Below are positions 25,119-33,972 of a stretch of DNA of 64,000 nt, piece after piece. This stretch comes from Acidobacteriaceae bacterium (GTDB lineage: Bacteria; Acidobacteriota; Terriglobia; Terriglobales; Acidobacteriaceae): the NCBI GenBank assembly GCA_035507705.1, contig DATJNV010000101.1, positions 90,495 through 154,494 of the forward strand. Direction: 5' to 3'. Below the pieces are notes generated by a model. It had not been told where the DNA came from, did not search any database, and saw nothing but the letters and a program-made list of their open reading frames with translations. Position 1 is the first letter of the stretch, and each line of letters begins with the position of its first letter. A program made the position numbers and the translations under genes.

Positions 25119-26111
25119 CTAGCCTTCCTGCAACATGCTCGGCTCTTCGGGAGCACGCAGCCGCACCAGACGATCGATGGCGTAGGGCGCGCGATGCGAT
25201 GCGGTGTGATAATGCCGCACTTGCAACTCACCGAGTAATCCGATGGCCAGCATCTGGATACCGGCAAGGATCAAAACTCCGGCAACCACAAAAAGCGGGC
25301 CGTGAGTATCCATCACGTCTTGATGAGTGAACACCTTGAGGCTGGCGAGAAAGACCGAAATTCCACTGCCCAAGAGGATTCCTAGCGCGCCGAAAGTGCC
25401 GAAGAAGTGCAGCGGACGCGTCATGTACTTCAACAGAAAGCGAATGGTCAGCAGGTCGAAGAAAACGCGTATGGTGCGTGAAATACCATAGTGCGACTTG
25501 CCCCGCTCGCGGTTTACATTCCTGATTGGAATCTCGCAGATGCTGGCGCCATACCAGGAAGCCAAAGCGGGGATGAACCGATGCATTTCGCCGTAAAGCG
25601 GAATGTTGTGGATCACTTCGCGGCGATACGCCTTGAAAGTGGTGCCGAAGTCATGAATGTCGACGCCGGAAAGCTTGGCCATAAGCCAGTTAGCACAGCG
25701 CGACGGGAAGCGCCTCATGACAAAGTTATCGATTCGCGTCTTGCGCCATCCGCTCACGACGTCATAGCCCTCTTCCAGCTTGGCGACAAATTCCGGAATC
25801 TCAGCGGGATCGTGTTGCAGATCCCCATCCATGGCCAGGATATAGTCGCCCTGGGAGTGGTCGAATCCGGCAGCCAGCGCAGAGGTCTGGCCGAAGTTGC
25901 GCCGCAGCTTGACCACCAAAACCCTGCTGTCCACAGCCGCTATCTCTTCCAGCAGCTTGTAAGTTCGATCGCTCGACCCGTCGTCCACCAGCACCAGCTC
26001 GAAACTGTCGCCGATTTGCTCCATGACCGCTTTCAAACGGTCATACAAAGCCGTAACGTTTTCTTCCTCGTTATGAAAAGGCACGACGATCGAATACTTT
26101 GGCATCCCCAC
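25119..26111 (-). CDS. GT2 polyprenyl-phosphate glycosyltransferase (ArnC/GtrB/DPM1-like)
   Basis: YSIVVPFHNEEEN, VLVDDGSSD, AMDGDLQHDP, plus two C-terminal TM helices. Confidence 0.85.
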   Translation of the reverse strand: MGMPKYSIVVPFHNEEENVTALYDRLKAVMEQIGDSFELVLVDDGSSDRTYKLLEEIAAVDSRVLVVKLRRNFGQTSALAAGFDHSQGDYILAMDGDLQHDPAEIPEFVAKLEEGYDVVSGWRKTRIDNFVMRRFPSRCANWLMAKLSGVDIHDFGTTFKAYRREVIHNIPLYGEMHRFIPALASWYGASICEIPIRNVNRERGKSHYGISRTIRVFFDLLTIRFLLKYMTRPLHFFGTFGALGILLGSGISVFLASLKVFTHQDVMDTHGPLFVVAGVLILAGIQMLAIGLLGELQVRHYHTASHRAPYAIDRLVRLRAPEEPSMLQEG

Positions 26112-26153
26112 AGTATAAGGCCTTGGCAGGGGGGCAGGATCATTTTCACCGTT

Positions 26154-27191
26154 TCAGCAGCTATCCTGTTTCCGGATCTCCTGAATCAGAATGGCACGGG
26201 CTCGCTCGCACGCGGCACGATCAACATCGCGGTGTGTAACCAGGCGCACAGCATGGGCTCCCACGACTCCTGCCAGTACCCCGTTCGCGGCGAGTGCGCT
26301 CACCAGCGTTGCAGCGTCTCCATCATCGCGCAAACTGAAGATGACGATGTTGGTTTGCACCAAAGACGGGTCAAGTTCAACCTGCGGCAGCTCGCGTAGC
26401 GCACACGCCAGGAGCTTGGCGTTTTCGTGATCTTCCTTTAGCCGGCCGGTCATCTCATTCAAGGCGACCAAACCGGCTGCCGCCAGCACACCAGCCTGCC
26501 GCATGCCTCCGCCCAGCGCCTTCCGAAAATTGCGCGCCCGCTCGATATTTTTCCGGCTGCTGACAAGCATGGAACCCACCGGCGCACAAAGCCCTTTGGA
26601 GAGGCAGAACATGACGGAGCTGAAGCCCCGGGTAAGCCGGTCAACCGGGATGTTCAATGCGGTAGCGGCGTTGAAAATGCGGGCGCCGTCAAGATGGACC
26701 GGCAGCCCAGCATCCACTGCTCCTGCCAGGATCTCCTCTGTAACCTCGAAGGGCATGACCGTGCCGCCGGCCAGGTTATGCGTGTTCTCGAGCGAGATTA
26801 AACCAGTCTTCGGCCGAAAACGAACGCCGTTGGAAATGACGTTGCGAATAAGCGGCCAGGTAAGGATTCCGCGGTCTGCATACACCGCGCGCAACTGACA
26901 CCCGGAAAAAGCAGACACCATGGCCATTTCCCAATCCATGAGGTGACCGCGAGATTCGCAGATGACTTCCTGGCCATGTTCGGTGTGCATGCGAATCGCG
27001 ACCTGATTGCCCATTGTGCCCGTTGGCACAAAGAGTGCAGCTTCGCGTCCAAAGATTTCGGCCGCTCGCGCTTCCAGCCGGTTCACGGTGGGGTCTTCAC
27101 CGTAAACGTCGTCTCCTACTTCAGCCCCAGCCATGGCGGCTCGCATAGCGGGCGTGGGGCGGGTCACGGTGTCGCTGCGCAAATCGATCAT
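26154..27191 (-). CDS. ltaE: Low-specificity L-threonine aldolase
   Basis: MIDLRSDTVTRPTPAMRAAM and GDDVYGEDPTVN are typical of the beta-eliminating lyase / threonine aldolase family. Confidence 0.85.
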   Translation of the reverse strand: MIDLRSDTVTRPTPAMRAAMAGAEVGDDVYGEDPTVNRLEARAAEIFGREAALFVPTGTMGNQVAIRMHTEHGQEVICESRGHLMDWEMAMVSAFSGCQLRAVYADRGILTWPLIRNVISNGVRFRPKTGLISLENTHNLAGGTVMPFEVTEEILAGAVDAGLPVHLDGARIFNAATALNIPVDRLTRGFSSVMFCLSKGLCAPVGSMLVSSRKNIERARNFRKALGGGMRQAGVLAAAGLVALNEMTGRLKEDHENAKLLACALRELPQVELDPSLVQTNIVIFSLRDDGDAATLVSALAANGVLAGVVGAHAVRLVTHRDVDRAACERARAILIQEIRKQDSC

Positions 27192-27219
27192 CTGGCTATC
27201 GCATGTTTGACTTCAGAGG

Positions 27220-28410
27220 TCATGGAACCTGGAACTCCTCTTCCGCTACCCCAAGGAATCGAGCAAAGACCTCATTGGAGAACAGAACGCCGCGCGGCGT
27301 CAGGCGGACGATTCCCTCCTCCTCAATGACCAGCCCCAGGTCACACAGCTCACGGACCACAGGACGGAAAATCTCAACCCGGTCCCAACCGAACTCGGCC
27401 GCCAAGGCCAGCCAGGCCACTCCGGCCCGCAGACGAAGGCCCAAAAACCAAGCCTCTTCGATCTCTTCCACTCCTTTGAGCCGCCGCGGTTCCAGGTGTG
27501 ACTCAGCGCCCATGTATTCGTCAAGCGCATCCGTTGTATTGAAGCGCAATGCGGCCCCATCATGAGCGCGCACCATGGAATGTGCATCCAGGCCAAAACC
27601 GAGGTAAGGCTTCCGGCGCCAATATTTCAGATTGTGTTGCGCCTCGCTGCCTCCTCGAGCAAAGTTGGAAATTTCGTATTGGCCTAGCCCGGATGCCTCC
27701 AGGGCCCCCACAGCGCGCTGGTAAAGCTCCGCGGTTAATTCTTCGCCGGGAACCGTCTGCGCGTGATAGCGCGCGCCGCCAGCCAGCAGTTCCCGACCCA
27801 GGCGCGATTCTTCATCAATCTCCAGCATGTAAACGCTCGCGTGCCCTACCCCGGTGGCCACGAGCACATCCAGCGACTCCTGCCAGCTTTCCATCGTCTG
27901 ATGCGGCATGCCCGCAATCAAGTCGATGCTGAGCCTTTTGACGCCTGCGGAACGCATCCGTGCCAGATCTCGCAGGACTACAGACCGGGTATGGAATCGC
28001 CCGGTAGCCGCTGCTTCACGATCCACCAGCGACTGGACGCCCAGGCTGATCCGGTTGACACCGAACCCCAGCATGGCGTCGAGGGTCGCGTCATCCAACT
28101 GTCCGGGCGCGCACTCGAGCGTGATCTCCGCTGATGGCGAAACCCTGAACTGTTGGCGCAAGGTGTGGCCAACCTCACTCACCAACCCTGGAGACAGCAG
28201 GCTGGGGGTCCCTCCGCCCAGGTAAACGGTATCCACACACCCAGGAAGAGACGCGGATTCGAGTCTCTGCCGCACTTTGCGGATGTCGTCACAAACCCTG
28301 GCGACATATCGCTCATGGATTCCGGCGGACGAAACGCTGGAGGCAAAGTTGCAATAGGTACATTTCGCGCGGCAAAAAGGAACTGCGATGTAAACGCCGA
28401 GAGAATCCAT
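27220..28410 (-). CDS. hemW: Radical SAM heme chaperone HemW (HemN-like, oxygen-independent coproporphyrinogen oxidase family)
   Basis: YIAVPFCRAKCTYCNF (CxxxCxxC), GGGTPS, and a HemN C-terminal domain. Confidence 0.85.
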   Translation of the reverse strand: MDSLGVYIAVPFCRAKCTYCNFASSVSSAGIHERYVARVCDDIRKVRQRLESASLPGCVDTVYLGGGTPSLLSPGLVSEVGHTLRQQFRVSPSAEITLECAPGQLDDATLDAMLGFGVNRISLGVQSLVDREAAATGRFHTRSVVLRDLARMRSAGVKRLSIDLIAGMPHQTMESWQESLDVLVATGVGHASVYMLEIDEESRLGRELLAGGARYHAQTVPGEELTAELYQRAVGALEASGLGQYEISNFARGGSEAQHNLKYWRRKPYLGFGLDAHSMVRAHDGAALRFNTTDALDEYMGAESHLEPRRLKGVEEIEEAWFLGLRLRAGVAWLALAAEFGWDRVEIFRPVVRELCDLGLVIEEEGIVRLTPRGVLFSNEVFARFLGVAEEEFQVP

Positions 28411-28476
28411 TCCGTTCCTATTCTCCCATCACCCCGATTCGTGGGCACAGCCCCTATAAGATAAAGAGCAAAGGCT

Positions 28477-30456
28477 ATGGCCGAAGCAAGCAACGAGCAG
28501 AACCGGAAGAATCAGCACCAGGACGACGATGTTGTCGGCAAGGCTTACGACAGCCGGTTGATGGGCAGACTGCTCACCTACCTTCGACCCTACAAGCTGC
28601 AGGCGGTGATTTCGCTGGTGGCGATCCTTCTCAAGGCCGGAGCCGACGTGCTCGGACCCTACCTGACGAAGGTCGCCATCGATCGGTATATGACCGCCCG
28701 GCCCGCCCTCCACCCCCCGGCCTGGACCCGCTGGCTGAGCCACAATCCCATGGCGGGCGTCACGCAAATCGCCACCATTTATCTCGGCGCGCTCGTATTC
28801 AGCTACCTTCTGGAGTTCGCCCAGACCTACCTCATGCAGTGGACCGGGCAAAAGATCATGTTCGACATGCGGAGCCAAATCTTCCGCCACCTGCAGAGCA
28901 TGCACGTCAGTTTCTTTGACCGCAATCCGGTGGGCCGTCTGGTGACTCGGTTGACCAGTGATGTGGACGCGCTGAACGAAATGTTTACTTCGGGCGTGTT
29001 CGCCATCTTCGAGGATGTCTTCGTCCTGGTCCTGATCGTGGCCATAATGCTGCGGATGAACTGGTGGCTGGCCCTGATTGCTTTTGCAGTGCTGCCGTTG
29101 ATCCTGGCCGTGACCCGCGTCTTCCGAAAACATGTGCGGGAATCCTATCGGCAAATACGCTCCGCGATCGCCCGCATCAATGCTTCCACGCAGGAGCACG
29201 TAAGCGGGATGAGCGTGGTGCAGCTATTCAACCGGGAGCAGCGTTCCTACAAGGAGTTCGAAGAGGTTAATCGCCAGCACATGGTCGCCTTCAAGGACGC
29301 CATCCTGGCCTATGCCCTTTATTATCCGGCGATCGAGTTGCTGAGCTCTGTGGCCATCGCGCTCGTGATTTGGCTGGGAGGAAATGGAGTGCTGCGCAAC
29401 GCGGTGTCCATCGGGGTTCTGGTCGCCTTTATCCAGTACTCCCAGCGCTTCTTCCGCCCCATTCAGGACCTGAGCGAGAAGTACAACATCCTGCAGGCGG
29501 CAATGGCTGCCAGCGAACGAGTCTTCAAGCTGCTGGATACGCCTGCGGAGTTGCAAAGTCCTCCCCAGCCCCAATCTTGCGATGGCTCGGGCCGGATCGA
29601 ATTTCGCCATGTCTGGTTCACCTATCAGAAGCTCGATCCGGAACAACTGACCCGCATTCAACGGAGTCATGGCACGGATGAAGTCCTGGCCGCCTCTCCG
29701 GAGGTGGAGTGGATCCTGAAAGATGTCTCATTCAACCTCGAGCCCGATCAGACCGCGGCAATCGTGGGTCATACGGGCGCCGGTAAGACCACCATCATCG
29801 CCCTTATGATGCGCTTTTATGAGGTTCAGCGGGGAAGCGTTCTGATCAACGGTATCGATGTTCGGGAGCAGGACGTCTCACATCTGCGGCGTAATTTCGG
29901 GGTTGTGCTGCAGGACCCGTTCCTGTTTACAGGCACCATCGCTGAGAACATCCGTCTGGGTTCGAGCTGGATTACGGACGAGCGGCTGAAGGCAGCGGCC
30001 GACGAGGTAAACGTCGGTGACTTTATCCGCAGTCTCCCTCAGGGGTTCGATGAGCCTTTGCGCGAACGGGGCAATAGCCTTTCTACGGGGCAAAAGCAGC
30101 TGATCAATTTCGCCCGAGCCCTGGCTCATAACCCACGCATCCTGGTACTCGACGAAGCCACTTCCAGTGTGGACACCGATACCGAGATGCGGGTGCGGTC
30201 AGCCCTCGAGCGTATGGTCCGGGGCCGTACTTCGGTGATCATCGCTCATCGCCTTTCGACCGTACAGCAGGCGGATCGGATACTTGTCATGCACAAGGGC
30301 ATTCTTCGGGAAATGGGCACGCATCAAGAATTGCTGGCCCAGCGCGGCATTTATTGGAAGCTCTACCAGCTGCAATACAAGGATCAGGAACTAATGCCGA
30401 CGTCCAGGGCGACCAGCGGGGTTCTGGATCCCAGCCTGGCGGTAGGCACGGATTAG
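28477..30456 (+). CDS. ABC exporter, fused permease/ATPase (MsbA-like)
   Basis: Six-TM exporter domain, Walker A GHTGAGKTT, signature LSTGQKQL, Walker B ILVLDEATS. It lies 10 nt upstream of lpxB. Confidence 0.88.
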   Translation: MAEASNEQNRKNQHQDDDVVGKAYDSRLMGRLLTYLRPYKLQAVISLVAILLKAGADVLGPYLTKVAIDRYMTARPALHPPAWTRWLSHNPMAGVTQIATIYLGALVFSYLLEFAQTYLMQWTGQKIMFDMRSQIFRHLQSMHVSFFDRNPVGRLVTRLTSDVDALNEMFTSGVFAIFEDVFVLVLIVAIMLRMNWWLALIAFAVLPLILAVTRVFRKHVRESYRQIRSAIARINASTQEHVSGMSVVQLFNREQRSYKEFEEVNRQHMVAFKDAILAYALYYPAIELLSSVAIALVIWLGGNGVLRNAVSIGVLVAFIQYSQRFFRPIQDLSEKYNILQAAMAASERVFKLLDTPAELQSPPQPQSCDGSGRIEFRHVWFTYQKLDPEQLTRIQRSHGTDEVLAASPEVEWILKDVSFNLEPDQTAAIVGHTGAGKTTIIALMMRFYEVQRGSVLINGIDVREQDVSHLRRNFGVVLQDPFLFTGTIAENIRLGSSWITDERLKAAADEVNVGDFIRSLPQGFDEPLRERGNSLSTGQKQLINFARALAHNPRILVLDEATSSVDTDTEMRVRSALERMVRGRTSVIIAHRLSTVQQADRILVMHKGILREMGTHQELLAQRGIYWKLYQLQYKDQELMPTSRATSGVLDPSLAVGTD

Positions 30457-30466
30457 GGCAGAAGTT

Positions 30467-31633
30467 ATGGCAAAGATATTTTTCTCTGCCGGCGAGGCCA
30501 GCGGCGAGCACTACGGCGCGCTGATGATGGCGGAAATACGCCGCCTGGATCCGGGTGCCGACTTTTTCGGCCTGGGGGGCATCCGCATGGCCGCCGCCGG
30601 CCTGCGCCGAGTCGTGCGGGCTGAAGACGTGGCCGTGATGGGCATCACGGAAGTGATCCTCCATATGGCCCACGTGTATCGTGAATATAGAAAATTAAAA
30701 GCCAGCCTGCGCAAAGAACGACCGGATCTCGCGATTCTGATTGATTTCCCGGACGTAAACTTGCGTCTTGCCGCCGAGCTCCGCCGTCTCAAAATACCCG
30801 TTGTCTATTTTGTCAGTCCACAGCTGTGGGCCTGGAAGAAGTGGCGAGTGAAAGGCGTGAAGCGCAACGTTACTCGAATGCTGGTGATTTTCCCGTTTGA
30901 AGAGGAGTTTTATAAGAACCACGGCGTCAAAGCTGAGTATGTCGGTCATCCGCTGGCGGATCTTGCCGCTCCCACCGTGACGCGGGAGGCCTTCGCTCGC
31001 GAAAATGGTCTGGACACGTCAAAATCTTGGGTTGGCTTGCTGCCCGGGAGCCGCGCCAGGGAGTTGCACGCCAACTTGCCGCCAATGTTCGAAGCCGCTC
31101 GATTGTTAGGTCAGGGTTATGAGTATCTTCTGCCTATCGCCCCCACACTGAAGAATACAGAGGTAGATGCGCTGGCGAGACAGACCAGGGCGGCCGGCGT
31201 GCGGCTAGTTCACGATGCACGAGCGGTGTTGCAATACGCCCGCGCCAGTGTCGTCGCCAGCGGCACAGCCACGGTCGAGGCGGCGCTGATCGGCAACCCC
31301 TTTGTCATCGTGTACCGTATATCCCGCATCAGCTATGCTGTTGCTCGCCGTGTGGTCCGCGTCGCCCATATTGGAATGGTCAACCTGATAGCCCGGCGGC
31401 AGATCGTGCCGGAGCTCCTCCAGCATGACTTCACCGCTCCCAATGTCGTTTCCGCGCTTCGCCCTTTGCTGGAAAACGAGGAGGCTCGTGCAACAATGCA
31501 ATCAGACCTGCGCACCGTGGGGACTGCGCTCCGGGTGAGCAGTGAAGGCGCAGTCCAGCGGGCTGCCCGAATTGCGATGGAATTGATTCCCGTAGCGGAA
31601 ACTGCTTTGGTCTCACAATGGCCGGTGGCATGA
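30467..31633 (+). CDS. lpxB: Lipid-A-disaccharide synthase
   Basis: IFFSAGEASGEHYGA, YFVSPQLWAWKKWR, and LLPGSR. Confidence 0.9.
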   Translation: MAKIFFSAGEASGEHYGALMMAEIRRLDPGADFFGLGGIRMAAAGLRRVVRAEDVAVMGITEVILHMAHVYREYRKLKASLRKERPDLAILIDFPDVNLRLAAELRRLKIPVVYFVSPQLWAWKKWRVKGVKRNVTRMLVIFPFEEEFYKNHGVKAEYVGHPLADLAAPTVTREAFARENGLDTSKSWVGLLPGSRARELHANLPPMFEAARLLGQGYEYLLPIAPTLKNTEVDALARQTRAAGVRLVHDARAVLQYARASVVASGTATVEAALIGNPFVIVYRISRISYAVARRVVRVAHIGMVNLIARRQIVPELLQHDFTAPNVVSALRPLLENEEARATMQSDLRTVGTALRVSSEGAVQRAARIAMELIPVAETALVSQWPVA

Positions 31634-33618
31634 CTTCCATGATGCTGAGTTTCCATAGGCATTCCAGGATTTTGATCGTGCTGACCACTTTACTGGGGTT
31701 GGCTTGCCCACAGCTCTCCGCCGCTGAGCGGCCAAACATCAACATCACCGGCTATGTGATCGATGCTCAGATCGACCCTGCCCAACACACGCTCAAAGCC
31801 ACGGCACGCGTCACATTCACGGCTACGGACTCGGTCAGTTCGGCAATTTTCGAGCTGCACAATGCATTGAAAGTGGAGAATGTGACCGACGAACACGGCC
31901 ACACCCTCACTGGAGAACGTGGCCCGAATGCGACCATCGAGGTAGCGCTTCCCAGTCCCTTGAGCAAAGGGGCCAGCTCGACACTGACGTTTACATATGA
32001 CGGGACGCTCACTGGCAACGAAGAGAGTCCAGTCCAGGGGCTCAAAGTGGTTTCGATCGGCGACCCCATCACATATCTCCTCTATGCAGGGCGCTGGTTT
32101 CCGATGGTTGGATATCTGACCGATCGCTTCACCGCTGAAATGCACGTCACGATTCCTGCCGGTTACCGTGTTATCGGGAGCGGCCTGACTGGGACTCCGC
32201 GCTCGGTCTCAGGCGGAATGCAGTATAGCTTCAATTGGACGAAGCCTAGTTTCCCGGGCACGATCATCGCAGGCAAATTCGAGGAGCCGATGGTGGTCGC
32301 AGGATTCCCGAACCTGAAGCTCTATGTGACAGACGCCCACAAGCAGAGCGGTGCGGACTACATTCAGACAGCCAACAAGGAATTCGACTTCTTCAACGAG
32401 ACTTTCGGTGATGGGCCTTCGCATCTGCTGAACGTAGTTGAACTGCCCGACGACACTTTGCCCTCCTACTGGGCCCCCGAGATTGCCGCAATCGCGGGGG
32501 CTCGTATTGCCGACCGTTCCAATTACCGCCTTCTGGCCAACACCATCGCCCACCAATGGTGGGGATGCGCGGTTACCCCGTATTCCCTGAATGACTTTTG
32601 GATTATCAACGGCATGGCCCGGTACGGAGAGTTGTTGTACATGGAACGAGTCGCCGGCCAAACCGCCTTGCAGACTGCGGTGGTCGACATTTCGGCGGGC
32701 GCGCTGGCTTACGACACCATCCCCCTTACTTCAGCAGGCCGACTCGATCCCTTCTCTCCTCAATTCCAGGCTATGACTCTGGACAAGGGCGGAATGATCT
32801 TCCACATGCTTCGGTGGGAGATCGGCGACGACAACTTCTTCAAGCTGCTCAAAGCGCTGGTTGCTCAGTATTCCGACAAGCCGATCCGGACCCGTGACGT
32901 CGAAAAGGTCGCCGAGCAGGAATCGCAACAGAACGTCACCCCTTTCTTCGCTCAATGGCTCGATGGAACCGGAGCTCCCCAGTTCACGGATAAGTACACG
33001 GTCTACCGCCTTGGCAATAACAAAGGCTTTCGCACCATTGGGGAAATCGGACAGGATCTCGATCTCTTCAACATGCCAGTCGAGTTGCGAGTGGAGACAG
33101 AGGGCAAGACTGAAGTGAAACGCATTGATGTAGTCGGCACAAACTCGCAATATGTAGTCGATACCTTCGGCCGCCCACGTCACATTTCTATCGATCCCGA
33201 CAACTGGGTTCTTAAAAATACGCCGGACCTGCAGGTACGTATCGCCATTTTGCGCGGCCAGCAATTAGCCTCTGCAGGAGACAATCCCGGAGCCCTGGCC
33301 GAATACCAGAAGGCTTTGACAGTAAATCCCAATAGCTCTCTAGCCAGTTATCGAGTCGGCGAAGTTCTCTTCAGCCAGCGCAGCTACCAGGCTGCCGCCA
33401 ATGCCTACCGCGATGCACTCCGCGGTGATGACGATCCCAAATGGACGGAGGTCTGGAGTCACATCGCCCTGGGCAAGATTTTTGACGTCACCGGGCAGCG
33501 CGATCGGGCGGTAAACGAGTACCGCCAGGCTGTACAGACCAATGACAATACGGGTGGAGCGATCAACGAAGCGCGCAAGTACCTGCAGCAACCCTATAAG
33601 CGGCCCGACACAGATTAG
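31618..33618 (+). CDS. Secreted M1-peptidase-fold protein with C-terminal TPR repeats and substituted zinc-binding motifs
   Basis: Signal peptide and M1-like N-terminal and catalytic-domain layout. NTIAHQWWG...FWIING replaces HExxH-x18-E (nt 32539-32610), and there is no GxMEN/GGMEYP motif. The C-terminus carries TPR repeats (AEYQKALTVNPN, ANAYRDAL). It overlaps lpxB by 16 nt. Confidence 0.8.
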   Translation: MAGGMTSMMLSFHRHSRILIVLTTLLGLACPQLSAAERPNINITGYVIDAQIDPAQHTLKATARVTFTATDSVSSAIFELHNALKVENVTDEHGHTLTGERGPNATIEVALPSPLSKGASSTLTFTYDGTLTGNEESPVQGLKVVSIGDPITYLLYAGRWFPMVGYLTDRFTAEMHVTIPAGYRVIGSGLTGTPRSVSGGMQYSFNWTKPSFPGTIIAGKFEEPMVVAGFPNLKLYVTDAHKQSGADYIQTANKEFDFFNETFGDGPSHLLNVVELPDDTLPSYWAPEIAAIAGARIADRSNYRLLANTIAHQWWGCAVTPYSLNDFWIINGMARYGELLYMERVAGQTALQTAVVDISAGALAYDTIPLTSAGRLDPFSPQFQAMTLDKGGMIFHMLRWEIGDDNFFKLLKALVAQYSDKPIRTRDVEKVAEQESQQNVTPFFAQWLDGTGAPQFTDKYTVYRLGNNKGFRTIGEIGQDLDLFNMPVELRVETEGKTEVKRIDVVGTNSQYVVDTFGRPRHISIDPDNWVLKNTPDLQVRIAILRGQQLASAGDNPGALAEYQKALTVNPNSSLASYRVGEVLFSQRSYQAAANAYRDALRGDDDPKWTEVWSHIALGKIFDVTGQRDRAVNEYRQAVQTNDNTGGAINEARKYLQQPYKRPDTD

Positions 33619-33657
33619 CGGAGAGCCGTCGCTCGCAGCTTGCTGGTTCCAAAAACC

Positions 33658-33840
33658 CTATTTGACGTTTAACGCCGCCATCGCCTCGTCGGTACTGGGT
33701 GAGCTGGCCTTGAGGTATTCCGCCACCCGTTTGCGCTCGTCTGCAGACAGTGTAGGGCTGAGCGCGAGAATCCGTCGCAGCGTAACCGAAATGTCGTCGA
33801 TGTAGTTCATCATGCGTATGGCTTCACCAGAGAGGGGCAT
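33658..33840 (-). CDS. Small helical hypothetical protein (60 aa)
   Basis: A good SD on the minus strand (GAGGAA, 5 nt before the ATG), and a helical, protein-like sequence (MPLSGEAIRMMNYIDDISVTLRRILA...). Confidence 0.5.
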   Translation of the reverse strand: MPLSGEAIRMMNYIDDISVTLRRILALSPTLSADERKRVAEYLKASSPSTDEAMAALNVK

Positions 33841-33972
33841 CGCTGTTCCTCGTTACAATGGAATGTCTTAGTTCCATTTTCTGTGCTGGGCGTAAATTCG
33901 TAAAGCGACCCAAATGAAATCCCTCGGGCCTGTTGCCAATTCCGGACTGCCGTGGAGCGCATCTAAGCAAAA

